Made by a program: the position numbers and the translations under genes. A stretch of 64,000 nt of DNA, from the NCBI RefSeq assembly GCF_902713615.1, contig NC_052162.1, forward strand, positions 103,195,811 through 103,259,810, written 5' to 3'. This document shows positions 10,237 through 22,974 of this stretch, piece after piece. Numbering within the stretch: position 1 is the first letter of the stretch; every line of letters starts with the position of its first letter. Source of the stretch: Scyliorhinus canicula. Lineage: Eukaryota. The notes below the pieces were generated by a model. That model worked only from the letters and a program-made list of their open reading frames with translations, searched no databases and had not been told where the DNA came from.

Positions 10237-12837
10237 TTTTTATATAAACATTTTATTGAGGTAGTTATGGTTTTATAACAACAGAAGAAGCAATGTACAT
10301 ACAAATATAAACGTAGTGCAAAAACCGTCTTCCTCCCTCACAGGTCCCACCTTTTCCAACACCCTGCTCTAAACTAAACTAAAACCCAACCCCCCCCCCC
10401 CCCCCCCCCCCCCCCACCTACTTCCTAATAATGGTTATATTCGCTGTCCAATAATAATTACTAAAGTTCGGCAGCACCATCCCGCCCTCCCCCTGGCTGC
10501 GCTCCAGCATTCCCTTTTTTACTCGCAGGGTCTTTCCCGCCCATACAAAGCCAGTGATCACCTTATTGACCGATTTAAAAAAGGACCAAGCAATAAAGAT
10601 CGGGAGACACTGAACCACAAACAGCAATCTCAGGAGGACCGTCATTTTCACTGTCTGCACCCTCCCAGCTAGTAACAACTGGAGCACGTCCCACCTTCGG
10701 AAATCTTTCTTCATTTGGTCTACTAGTCGGGCCAGATTTAACTTGTGCAGTCCCGCACACCTGGATGCCTAGGTACCGAACGCTTCCCACTACCCGTCTA
10801 AACAGCAGTTCCCCCAATTGCCTCTCCTGCCCCCATGCCTGGATCACGAACATCTCACTTTTCCCCATGTTCAATTTATAACCCGAAAACCGGCCAAATT
10901 CCCCCAGAATTCTCATAATTTCTTCCATCCCTTCTAGTCAGTCCGAAACATATAGGAGCAGGTCATCTGCATATAGCGAGACTCTGTGTTCCACCCCCCC
11001 CCCCCCATCTCCCCCCACCTCTCCCCCCCCCCCCCCCCTCCCCCAAGACCAGCCCCTTCCAGGGCCTTAAGGCTCTCAACGCAATTACCAGTGGCTCTGT
11101 GGCCAGTGCCAACAGCAGTGGGGAGAGGGGGCATCCCTGCTTCATCCCCCGGTGCAGTCTAAAATAGCCCGATGTTAACCCGTTCGTCCGTACACCTGCC
11201 ACAGGAGTCTGATAGAGCAGCCTAACCCAGTCGAAGAAGCCTCGTCCAAATCTGCACCTCCCACAGATATTCCCATTCCACCTGATCAAATGCCTTCTCT
11301 GCGTCCATTGCGACCACTATCTCCACGTTCCTACCCTCTGGGGGCATCATGATCGTATTCAGCAACTTCTTACGTTGGCCGCCAACTGCCTACCCTTAAC
11401 AAATCCCGACTGGAATTCCCCAATCACGTCTGGAACGCAGTCTTCAATCCAAGAAGACAACATTTTGGCCAACAGTTTGGCATCTACATTTAGTAGGGAG
11501 ATCAGTCTGTAGCACCCACATAGCTCCGGGTCCTTATTCCGCTTCAGGATCAATGAGATAGTGGCCTGTGACATCATCGGGGGTAGCACCCCATGCTCCC
11601 TTGCCTCATTAAATGTTCTGATCAGCAGCGACCCTAGTATCCCAGAGAACTTTTTATAAAACTCCACTGGGTACCCATCCGGTCCAGGAGCTTTACCCGA
11701 CTGCATGGCTTTCAGCCCATCTGCTATTTCTTCCAACCTGATCGGGGCCCCCAGCCCTTCTACCAACCCTCCGTCCACCTTCGGGAATCTCAGACAGCTC
11801 CAAGAGTTGCCTCATCCCCTCAGACCCAGCTGGAGATTCCGGCTCATACAGCCTGCTGTAAAACTCCTTGAATGCCTTATTAACCCCTACTGAATCTCCG
11901 AGCAGGTTCCCATCCCTGTCCCTTACTTTCCCAATTTTCCTGGCTGTCTCCCTTCTGCTGGCCTTCTCACCATGTTCATCAATCACCTCCCTCGCCTTCC
12001 TCAGCTGCTCCACTGCGTTCCCTGTAGTTAACAAGCCAAACCCCGCCTGTAGCCTCCGTCATTCCCTTAAAAGCCCTGCCTCTGGGGTCTCCGCATAATT
12101 TCTGTCGACCTGTAGTATTTCCCTTACCAGTCGGTCCGTTTCTGCTCTGTCTACCTTCTTCCCGTGGGCCAGTATCAGCTCCCCTCTAACCACCGCCTTC
12201 AACGTCTCCCAGACCATTGCAGCCATGACTTCCTGTGTCATTAACTTCCAGATAGTTCTGGATACATTTCTTCAGCCGCCCACACACCTCCTCATCCGCT
12301 AAAAGTCCAACAACCAGTCTCCAATACGGATGTTGGCCACCCTCCTTGCTCACCTGTAGGTCACCCCAGTGCGGGACATGATCCGAGATCATGATCACCG
12401 AATACTCAGTGTCCATTCAGTGTCAGTAAAGCCCTGTCCAGGATAAAAAAGTCAATCCAGGAGTACACTTTATGCACGTGTGAGTAGAAGGAGAACTCTT
12501 TCACTCTCAACCACCCTAATATCCATGGGTCCACACCCCCATCTGCTCCATAAACCCCTTTAGCTCATTGCCATTGCTGGCACCCTTCCTGTCCTGGAGG
12601 GCGACCGGTCTAGCCTTGCGTCAATGACTGTGTTGAAGTCCCCCCCACATGACCAACTTATGCAAATCCACGTTTGGGATCTTCCCCAAAATCCTCCTTA
12701 TCAACTCCACATCATCCCAATTTGGCACATACACATTCACGAGCACCACTGGCAGCCCTTCCAGCTTCTCACTGACCATAATGTACCAGCCCCCCACATC
12801 TGCAACTGTTCTTCCCGCCTCGAATGACACTCACTTG
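10237..12837 (-). mobile_element. 5'-truncated, frameshifted L1-clade LINE ORF2 (EN C-terminus and RT) with 3' UTR
   Basis: Minus-strand ORF pieces: KAPGPDGYPVEFYKKF, LISLLNVDAKLLAK, QGCPLSPLLLAL, LYADDLLLY (nt near 10950-10980), KMTVLLRLLF; polyA near 10240. Confidence 0.9.
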
Positions 12838-13687
12838 CTACAATAGGAAGATGAATCCCACAAATGCCCGGGTATGATAAATCGAGGTTTTTGGTGTGAA
12901 TCTCAATACCATTATGCTTCCAACACGTTACAATAGAGTGTTTGAAGCGACACATGATACGGAAAGAGTCAGAAGAGGAAAAAGATAGTGACCAGAAAGA
13001 AGGCATTGTCCTATTAACAAGCAGTTTTACGCCGGTAATGAGGGTGTTGGTTGCAGAATCGTTCAATTGTGCTGTATTGGACAGTGGCTGCACATCGACT
13101 GTGTGTGGAATTGACTGGTTAAAATGTTATCTGGACTCCTTGAATGCTGAAAATCGTGACAAGGTTAAGGAATTTGAAAGTTCCACAAGTTTCAGGTTTG
13201 GGAATGATAATGCTCTGAAGTCACTGAAAAGAGTGGTGATCCCTTGCAATATTGCTGGAGTGAATCATTTCATTAGCACGGATGTTGTATCAAGTCAGAT
13301 ACCCTTGCTTCTGAGCAGACCGTCGACGAAGAAAGCACACATGAAATTGGATATGGAATAGGATAAGGCATAAGGTTTTGGAAAGATGGTGGGCTTACAA
13401 TTTACACAGTCGAGACACTATTGTATCCCATTACTGACAAATAATATTTCAAGTACAGTTGTTAAGGATGTGTTAATGGCAGTTGAAAATGGGATTTAGC
13501 TGATAAAAAGTTTGTTGTATTAAAACTGCATCGGCAATTTGCGCACCCGTCTCCTCGGAGGCTGAGAAATTTATTAAAGGATGCAGGGATAAGGGATGAA
13601 GACTATACTAAACTGATAGAACAGGTTAGTGATCGCTGTGAAGTTTGTAGAAAGTACACCAGCACAACCGATAGTAACCCTACCTTT

Positions 13688-16600
13688 AGAACATAGAACA
13701 TAGAACGATACAGCGCAGTACAGGCCCTTCGGCCCTCGATGTTGCACCGACATGGAAAAAAAAAACTAAAGGCCATCTAACCTACACTATGCCCTTATCA
13801 TCCATATGCTTATCCAACAAATTTTTAAATGCCCTCAATGTTGGCGAGTTCACTACTGTTGCAGGTAGGGCATTCCACGGCCTCACCACTCATGCGTAAA
13901 AAACCCACCTCTGACCTCTGTCCTATATCTATTACCCCTCAATTTAAGGCTATGTCCCCTCGTGCTAGCCACCTCCATCCGCGGGAGAAGGCTCTCGCTG
14001 TCCACCCTATCTAACCCTCTGATCATTTTGTATGCCTCTATTAAGTCACCTCTTAACCTTCTTCTCTCTAACGAAAACAACCTCAAGTCCATCAGCCTTT
14101 CCTCATAAGATTTTCCCTCCATACCAGGCAGCATCCTGGTAAATCTCCTCTGCACCCGTTCCAAAGCTTCCACGTCCTTCCTATAATGAGGCGACCAGAA
14201 CTGTACGCAATACTCCAAATGCGGCCGTACTAGAGTTTTGTACAACTGCAACATGACCTCATGGCTCCGGAACTCAATCCCTCTACCAATAAAGGCCAAC
14301 ACACCATAGGCCTTCTTCACAACCCTATCAACCTGGATGGCAACTTTCAGGGATCTATGTACATGGACACCGAGATCCCTCTGCTCATCCACACTACCAA
14401 GAATTTTACCATTAGCCAAATATTCCGCATTCCTGTTATTCTTTCCAAAGTGAATCACCTCACACTTCTCCACATTAAACTCCATTTGCCACCTCTCAGC
14501 CCAGCTCTGCAGCTTATCTATGTCCCTCTGTAACCTGCAACATCCTTCCGCACTGTCTACAACTCCACCGACTTTAGTGTCGTCTGCAAATTTACTCACC
14601 CATCCTTCTGCGCCCTCCTCTAGGTCATTTATAAAAATGACAAACAGCAACGGCCCCAGAACAGATCCTTGTGGTACGCCACTCGTAACTGAACTCCATT
14701 CTGAACATTTCCCATCAACTGCCACTCTCTGTCTTCTTTCAACTAGCTAATTTCTGATCCACATCTCTAAATCACCCTCAATCCCCAGCCTCCGTATTTT
14801 CTGCAATAGCCGACCGTGGGGAACCTTATCAAACGTTTTACTGAAATCCATATACACCACATCAACTGCTCTACCCTCGTCTACCTGTTCAGTCACCTTC
14901 TCAAAGAACTCGATAAGGTTTGTGAGGCATGACCTACCCTTCACAAAACCATGCTGACTATCCCTAATCATATTATTCCTATCTAGATGATTATAAATCG
15001 TATCTTTTATAATCCTCTCCAAGACCTTACCCACCACAGACGTTAGGCTCACCGGCCTATAGTTACCGGGGTTATCTCTACTCCCCTTCTTGAACAAAGG
15101 GACCACATTTGCTATCCTCCAGTCCTCTGGCACTATTCCTGTAGCCAATGATGACCTAAAAATCAAAGCCAAAGGCTCAGCAATCTCTTCCCTGGCTTCC
15201 CAGAGAATCCTAGGATAAATCCCATCCGGCCCCGGGGACTTATCTATTTTCACCTTGTCCAGAATTGCCAACACTTCTTCCCTACGCACCTCAATGCCAT
15301 CTATTCTAATAGCCTGGGTCTCAGCATTCTCCTCCACAATATTATCTTTTTCTTGAGTGAATACTGACGAAAAGTATTCATTTAGTATCTCGCTTATCTC
15401 CTCAGCCTCCACACACAACTTCCCACCACTGTCCTTGACTGGCCCTACTCTTACCCTAGTCATTCTTTTATTCCTGACATACCTACAGAAAGCTTTTGGG
15501 TTTTCCTTGATCCTACCTGCCAAAGACTTCTCATGTCCCCTCCTTGCTCGTCTCAGCTCTCTCTTTAGATCCTTCCTCGCTTCCTTGTAACTATCAAGCG
15601 CCCCAACTGAAACTTCATGCCTCATCCTCACATAGGCCTCCTTCTTCCTCTTAACAAGAGATTCCACTTCTTTGGTAAACCACGGTTCCCTCGCTCGACC
15701 CCTTCCTCCCTTCCTGACTGGTACGTACTTATCAAGAACATGCAATAGCTGTTCCTTGAACAAGCTCCACATATCCAGTGTGCCCAACCCTTGCAGCCTA
15801 CTTCTCCAACCAACACATCCTAAGTCATGTCTAATGGCATCATAATTGCCCTTCCCCCAGCTATAACTCTTGCCCTGCGGGGTATACTTATCCCTTTCCA
15901 TCACTAACGTAAAGGTCACCGAATTGTGGTCACTGTTTCCAAAGTGCTCACCTACCTCCAGATCTAACACCTGGCCTGGTTCATTACCCAAAACCAAATC
16001 CAATGTGGCCTCGCCTCTTGTTGGCCTGTCAACATATTGTGTCAGGAAACCCTCCTGCACACATTGTACAAAGAACGACCCATCTAATGTAGTCGAACTA
16101 TATCTTTTCCAGTCAATATTTGGAAAGTTAAAGTCTCCCATAACAACTACCCTGTTACTTTCGCTCTTTTCCAGAATCATCTTCGCCATCCTTTCCTCTA
16201 CATCCCTAGAACTATTAGGTGGCCTATAGAAAACTCCCAACAGGGTGACCTCTCCTTTCCTGTTTCTAACCTCAGCCCATACTACCTCAGAAGAAGAGTC
16301 CCCATCTAGCATCCTTTCCGCCACCGTAATAATGTCCTTGACTAGCAGCGCCACACCTCCCCCTCTTTTGCCCCCTTCTCTGAGCTTACTAAAACACCTA
16401 AACCCCGGAACCTGCAACAACCATTCCTGTCCCTACTCTATCCATGTCTCTGAAATGGCCACAACGTCGAAGTCCCAGGTACCAACCCATGCTGCCAGTT
16501 CCCCTACCTTATTTCGTATACTCCTGGCATTGAAGTAGACACACTTCAAACCACCTACCTGAACACTGGCACCCTCCTGCGAAGTCAAATCTGTGCTCCT

Positions 16601-18049
16601 GACCTCTATACTCTCAATCTCCCGTACCCCAAAACTACAATCCAGGTTCCCATGCCCCTGCTGAATTAGTTTAAACCCCCCCAAAGAGCACTAACAAATC
16701 TCTCCCCCAGGATATTGGTGCCCCTCAGGTTCAGATGTAGACCATCCTGTCTATAGAGGTCCCACCTTCCCCAGAAAGAGCCCCAGTTATCCAGAAATCT
16801 GAATCCCTCCCGCCTGCACCATCCCTGTAGCCACGTGTTTAATTGCTCTCTCTCCCTATTCCTCATCTCACTATCACGTGGCACGGGCAACAACCCAGAG
16901 ATAACAACTCTGTTTGTTCTCGCTCTGAGCTTCCATCCTAGCTCCCTAAAGGCCTGCCTGACATCCTTGTCCCCTTTCCTACCTCTGTCGTTAGTGCCAA
17001 TGTGGACTACGACTTGGGGCTGCTCCCCCTCCCCCTTAAGGACCCGGAAAACACGATCCGAGACATCACTTACCCTTGGCTCAGCAATGGGGGGTTGGTT
17101 AGAGGAGGAGGTAGGGTGGGAAACACTCATGAAGTGTTTCGGGTTTAACTGTCACTTGCCAACAGCCCCTCCACAAACCACCTTCAACTTAGGCTGACCG
17201 CACTGCACGTATGCAAATTCCCCCAGAACAGCTGATCAGTAGCTCTGCTCTGCTGCCCTCTGATGGAAGCTTGTCTTCACTCAAACTCCTTGGGTCTCCT
17301 TCGCCGGTTCCCCTTCAACTTAGGCTGACCGCACTGCACGTATGCAAATTCCCCCAGAACAGCTGATCAGTAGCTCTGCTCTGCTGCCCTCTGATGGAAG
17401 CTTGTCTTCACTCAAACTCCTTGGGTCTCCTTCGCCGGTTCCCCTTCAACTTAGGCTGACCGCACTGCACGTATGCAAATTCCCCCAGAACAGCTGATCA
17501 GTAGCTCTGCTCTGCTGCCCTCTGATGGAAGCTTGTCTTCACTCAAACTCCTTGGGTCTCCTTCGCCGGTTCCCCTTCAACTTAGGCTGACCGCACTGCA
17601 CGTATGCAAATTCCCCCAGAACAGCTGATCAGTAGCTCTGCTCTGCTGCCCTCTGATGGAAGCTTGTCTTTACTCAAACTCCTTGGGTCTCCTTCGCCGG
17701 TTCCCCTTCAACTTAGGCTGACCGCACTGCACGTATGCAAATTCCCCCAGAACAGCTGATCAGTAGCTCTGCTCTGCTGCCCTCTGATGGAAGCTTGTCT
17801 TCACTCAAACTCCTTGGGTCTCCTTCGCCGGTTCCCCTTCAACTTAGGCTGACCGCACTGCACGTATGCAAATTCCCCCAGAACAGCTGATCAGTAGCTC
17901 TGCTCTGCTGCCCTCTGCTGGATGCTTGTCTTCACTCAAACTCCTTGGGTCTCCTTCGCCGGTTCCCCTTCAACTTAGGCTGACCGCACTGCACGTATGC
18001 AAATTCCCCCAGAACAGCTGATCAGTAGCTCTGCTCTGCTGCCCTCTGC
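13688..18049 (-). mobile_element. CR1 LINE no.1, near full length, inserted in the copia integrase
   Basis: ORF2 is 16420-14747 plus 14725-13883 in the same frame, broken by one TAG (IRN*LVERRQRV). Esterase half of ORF1 at 17130-16666. (gttctat)n 3' tail at 13688. Copia frame PIVTLPL|ARNFNDIVAMDLK rejoins across the insertion. Confidence 0.95.
17182..18049 (-). repeat. 131-bp tandem monomer array (~6.6 copies) forming the CR1 no.1 5' end
   Basis: Units start at 17182, 17313, 17444, 17575, 17706, 17837 and 17968; each carries ATGCAAAT. Confidence 0.95.
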
Positions 18050-20912
18050 CCTTGGCCAGGAATTTTAACGACATTGTGGCCATGGATCTTAAGATCTGGG
18101 ATAAAGCTAATAATATATTTATTTTGCATTTTGTAGATTTAGCAACCAGATTTAGTCAATCAACTATTGTACGAAGTAAAGAAAAGAGAGTAATTCTGGA
18201 TCAAATCATGGAACAATGGATAGGGACAGGAATGGGTCCACCGGCAAAATTCCTGACGGACAATGGGGGAGAATTTGCTAATGATGAGTTTAGGGATATG
18301 TGTGAAAATGTGAATATCACAGTTATGAATACGGCTGCGGAAAACCCATTTAGTAATGGTGTGTGTGAAAGAAACCATGCGGTAATAGATGTCATGCTCC
18401 AGAAAATTTTGGCAGATAGACCAAACTGCAAGCTAAATTCAGCTTTAGCATGGGCGGTACATGCAAATCGTTCATTGCAGATGGTTGGGGGCTACAGTCT
18501 CTATCAATTAGTGTTTGGCAGAAATCCTAAATTTTCGTCCATTTTAGATGACCAGCCTCTAGTTCGGGAAGGGTCTACAATTAGCTCAGTCTTTGCTGAG
18601 CATTTTAATGCATTACATAACAGCAGAAAAGCTTTTTTGAAAGCAGATGTCTCTGAAAGAATTCGCAGAGCTTTAAGACACAATGTACGGCCATCAGATA
18701 CCGTTTTTCAGCAAGGTGACATAGTATACAATAAGAGAGACAATTTTAATGAATGGAAAGGCCCAGGGAAGATCATAGGCATAGATGGCAAAACAATTAT
18801 TTTTCAACATGGTAATCAAACATGGTAGGGTATATTCATCTAGGATAATGGGTAGAGATTACAAATTTTCAAATTTAGACAGAGCAGACAGACATGACGA
18901 GGAACCAGAGTCATCTGGTACGCATGTGTTGCAAAGCTATGAGGACCAGTTAACTGATGTAGACAGGGTTTCTGTGGAGGAACGCAACACTTCTGATGAA
19001 TTAGAACAGGCCATTTTCTGAAAGGACAACTGCCATAAGTTGGTACAAAAGTGACATACCTACTTGAAGGGTCTAGTCAATGGAAGGCTGCAACTGTTAG
19101 AGCAGGGAAGGCCACTGGAAAGTATAAACATTGGTTGAATTTACAGCATTCTGTGGAAGGAGTCATGACAATGGATCGGGAACACGAAGTTCAAAAATGG
19201 AGGGCACAGAAACACAGTACCAGTTCAGATAGTACGTTGGATAGCGAACAGGTCCGCAGGAAAAGGAGTAGAAGCCGACATGCAGATGAAATTTTGGTGG
19301 CTTCCAATAAATTAGATGAAAAAGTTATCAAAGATGCCAAACAGCAAGAACTGCATAGTTGGAGTGAATTTGGGGTATACACGGAAGTACCAGATATGGG
19401 ACAAAGAGCTCTATCTCACAGATGGATTTGTACGGAAAAGGTTCTTCCAGATGGAACTTATAAGGCAAGGCCAGGCTTGTGGCAAAGGGATTTGAAGAAA
19501 ACTTAGAAGATCAGGATTTAAGGGGAGATTCACCTACAGCAGGAAAGGTTATTTTAAAGATCTTCTTGGCTCTATTAGCCACAAAGATATGGGAATGCAA
19601 ATCTATAGATATAAAAGCTGCCTTTTTGCAGGCGCATCAGCTCCAGAGAGATACTTTTCTCTGTCCTCATAAAGAGGCAGCTAACACAGAAGGGGTACTC
19701 TGGAAGTTGAACAAATGTGTATATGGATTAAATGATCCATATACCAGTCAAGAGTCTGGTATTTTTCCGGTAAGGTCAGTTTTGTTAAAGTTAGGCTGTT
19801 GCCAGTTGAAAGCAGATCTGGACATGTTTTACTGAAAATAAAGGAAATCTTTCTGGCATCTTTATGATGCATGTCGATGATTTTTTTGTGGGCTGGGACT
19901 CGTGATTTTGAAGCTATTGTAATCTCTGGTTTGAGGAAAGAATTCAGGGTTGGAAGTCAGGCTTCCAATGCATTTAAATATATTGGACTGGAAATCGGAC
20001 AGACTAAGTTAGGGGCAACTTTACGTCAGCAATCTGATTTGGAAAGCATCAGCCCGATAGCAATTAATCATGGACGGGTTTCACAAAAAGACGTAATGGT
20101 TTCAAAGATGGAAAAAGAGCAACTGCAAAGTTTAATTGGGCAACTGAATTGGTTAAGTAGACAGACTAGACCGGATGTGAGTTTTGATGTCTTAGAGTTG
20201 AGTACAAAAATTAATGATCCCAAAGTGGAAGACATAATAAGAGCAAATAAAGCATTGGTCAAACTAAAAATGCAGGAGTGTTTTTGAGGTTCCCGGTTTT
20301 AGGTGACCTTCGGCAGTTGAAACTCATGGTTTATAGTGATGCATCCTATGCAAATTTATGTGATGGGGTTTCAAGTGCAGGAGGTTTTATAATTTTCATT
20401 TTAGGGAACAATGTTAAATGTTGCCCTCATGTGTGGGAAACAAAGGAAATAAGGAGAGTGGTCAAAAGCACTTTGGCTGCTGAGACGTTAAGCCTTGGAG
20501 AGGCGGTGGATATGGCCTTTTATATATCTCAGATATTGATAGAAATTTTGGGATTAGGGTAATATGCCTTTTGAATGTCACATTGACAATAAATCCCTGT
20601 GATAAAATGTGCACTCTACAAAAAGTGTCAATGAAGAAAGATTAAGGATCGACATCGCAAGTTTGAAGCAGATGTTGGACAGAGGGGAGATGACAAAAAT
20701 TAAATGGGTCAACAGTAGCTATCAATTGTCAGACTGTTTTACAAAAAGAGGGGCTAGTTCACAGAAACTTTTGGATATTTTAAATGAAGGGCGCCTGTTT
20801 CTGTAACTTTTTTTTCCATATGAAAAAAAAGAGAAGGGGGAAATTGCGTGCGTTTTTGAGTTTCTTGTAATTTTGTTTTCACCTAATGTTTTTTCTCCAA
20901 GGAACGGGAGAG

Positions 20913-21108
20913 TGTTAAGTAATGGGTTAAGAGACATTCCAATTAGTTGTCTCATTTATGATAAGTATCCAATAATTGACACTGATACGTAAAGAGCTTC
21001 AGGTGGCCTTTGTGTCAGGTGATGTGAAGATAGAGTTTTGAGCAATCTGTTAAAGTGAAATAAAGGTGTTTGTCAAAAGGTGAAGAACCTTTGACTCTTT
21101 ATACAACA
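20913..21108 (+). repeat. 3' LTR of the copia element (196 bp)
   Basis: Ends TGTT...AACA; polypurine tract aaggaacgggagag at 20899-20912; AATAAA near 21058. Confidence 0.85.
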
Positions 21109-21737
21109 TCAGCTAAATGTCTAATGTCGGGATGGTGAGTGTGTGCCTTTAACTTTGCTTGTCTTTCAGCGGGAGCGGCCTCCGGATTGTCGGCGGGAGC
21201 AGGGGCCTGTCGGGAAGGTGAGCGTGTGCCTTTAAATTTGCTTGCCTTTTAGCGGGAGCGGCCTCTGGATTTTCAGCGGGAGCAGGTGCCTGTCGGGAAA
21301 GAGAGTACCTGTATATAAGTCGGACGTTTGCTAAACCCGAGACACCAGTGTAGTGTCCACCACCCTTCCACCTCCTCTAACCTAAGGGGTTGAGGGAATA
21401 TCGGGTCAGCTCTTCCTTTCTTTTTCTTGTTTTTATCTAGAGGGGATGGCAGGGAAGGCAGTACAATGCTCCTCCTGCAGAATGTTTGAGGTGAGGGACG
21501 CCGTCAATGTCCCTGCTGATTTCATCTGTGGAAAGTGCACCAGCTCCAGCTCCTCAAAAACCGTGTTAGGGAACTGGAGCTGGGGCTGGATGAACTTCGA
21601 TCATTCGGGAGGCAGAGGTGGTCATAGATAGAAGCTACAGGGAGGTAGTTACGCCCAAGAATAAAGATAGATGGGTGACGGTGAGAGGGGCTGGGAGGAA
21701 GCAGTCGGTACAGGGATCCCCTGTGGTCGTCCCCTTA

Positions 21738-22055
21738 TCATAGAATCTACAGTGCAGAAGGAGGCCATTCGGCCAATCGAGTCTGCACCGGCTTTTGGAA
21801 AGAGCATCCCACCCAAGGTTAACACCTCCACCCTATCCCCATAACCCAGTAGCCCCACACAAAACTAAGGGCAATTGTGGACACCTAACCTGCACATCTT
21901 TGGACTGTGGGAGGAAACCGGAGCACCTGGAGGAAACCCACGCACACACGGGGAGGATGTGCAGACTCCGCACAGATAGTGACCCAAGCCGGAATCGAAC
22001 CTGGGACCCCGGAGCTGTGAAGCAATTGTGCTATTCACAATTCTACCGTGCTGCC
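21738..22055 (-). mobile_element. HE1 V-SINE inserted in CR1 ORF1
   Basis: Near identical to 8025-8382; host frame VVPL|SNRYTALDTV resumes after it. Confidence 0.9.
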
Positions 22056-22974
22056 TTAGTAACAGGTATACTGCTTTGGATACTGTTGGGGGGGGGGGGG
22101 GGGGGGGGGGGACTGACCAGGGGTCAGCCATGGGGTTCAGGTCTCTGGCACAGAGTCTGTCCCTATTGCTCAGAAGGGAAGGGGGGAGAGGAGTAGAGCT
22201 TTGGAGGAGTATTAGTCATTGGAGACTCCATAGTTAGGGGGATAGATAGGAGATTCTGTGGGAACGAGATAGACTCGCGGTTGGTGTGTTGCCTCCCAGG
22301 TGCCAGGGTCCGCGACGTCTCGGATCATGTTTTCGGGATCCTTAAGGGGGAGGGGGAGCGGCCCCAAGTCGTGGTCCACATAGGTACCAATGACATAGGT
22401 AGGAAAAGGGATAGGGATGTAAGGCAGGAATTCAGGGAGCTAGGGTGGAAACTTAGATCCAGGAAAAACAGCGATATTATCTCTGGGTTGTTCCACTTGC
22501 CACGTGCTAGCGAGTCGAGGAATAGGGAGAGAGAGCAGTTGAATACGTGGCTGCAGGGATGGTGCAGGAGGGAGGGTTTCAGATTCCTGGACAATTGGGG
22601 CTCATTCTGGGGTAGGTGGGACCTCTACAAACGGGATGGTCTACACCTGGACCAGAGGGGTACTAATATCCTTGGGGGGGGGGGGGGGGGGGGGGGAGTT
22701 TAAAATGCGTCTACTTCAATGCCAGGAGCATCCGGAATAAGGTGGGTGAGCTTGCCTGGGACTTCGATGTTGTGGCCATTTCGGGGACATGGATAGAGCA
22801 GGGCGAGGAATGGTTGTTGCAGGTTCCAGGGTTCAGATATTTCAGTATGCTCAGGGAAGGTGGTAAGAGAGGGGGAGGGGTGGCATTGTTAGTCAAGGGC
22901 AGTATTACGGTGGCTGAGAAGACATTTGATGACGACTCGAATACTGAGGTAGTATGGGCTGAGTTAAGAACCAG

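Larger units (their letters stand above)
12838..21108 (+). mobile_element. defective Ty1/copia LTR retrotransposon (GalEa-like), 5'-truncated and split by a CR1 insertion
   Basis: Copia domain order is preserved. Protease VLDSGCTSTVCG (~13075); integrase Zn finger LHRQFAH...CEVC (~13520-13650); integrase D-D-E core in ORF 18052-18828; RT ARLVAKGFEE, DIKAAFLQ, MHVDD (~19868); RNase H SDAS, KSTLAAE, QLSDCFTK; then PPT and 3' LTR. Confidence 0.88.

Noticed and set aside
10221-12850. Possible TSD (ctacattac versus ctacaatag) around the minus-strand L1
   Set aside because: Only 7/9 identity, and the two flanks belong to different elements (copia gag does not continue on the left)
17182-18049. CRISPR-like or satellite array (also 34461-35040)
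   Set aside because: The units are contiguous and near identical with no unique spacers, the DNA is eukaryotic, and both arrays sit exactly at CR1 5' ends
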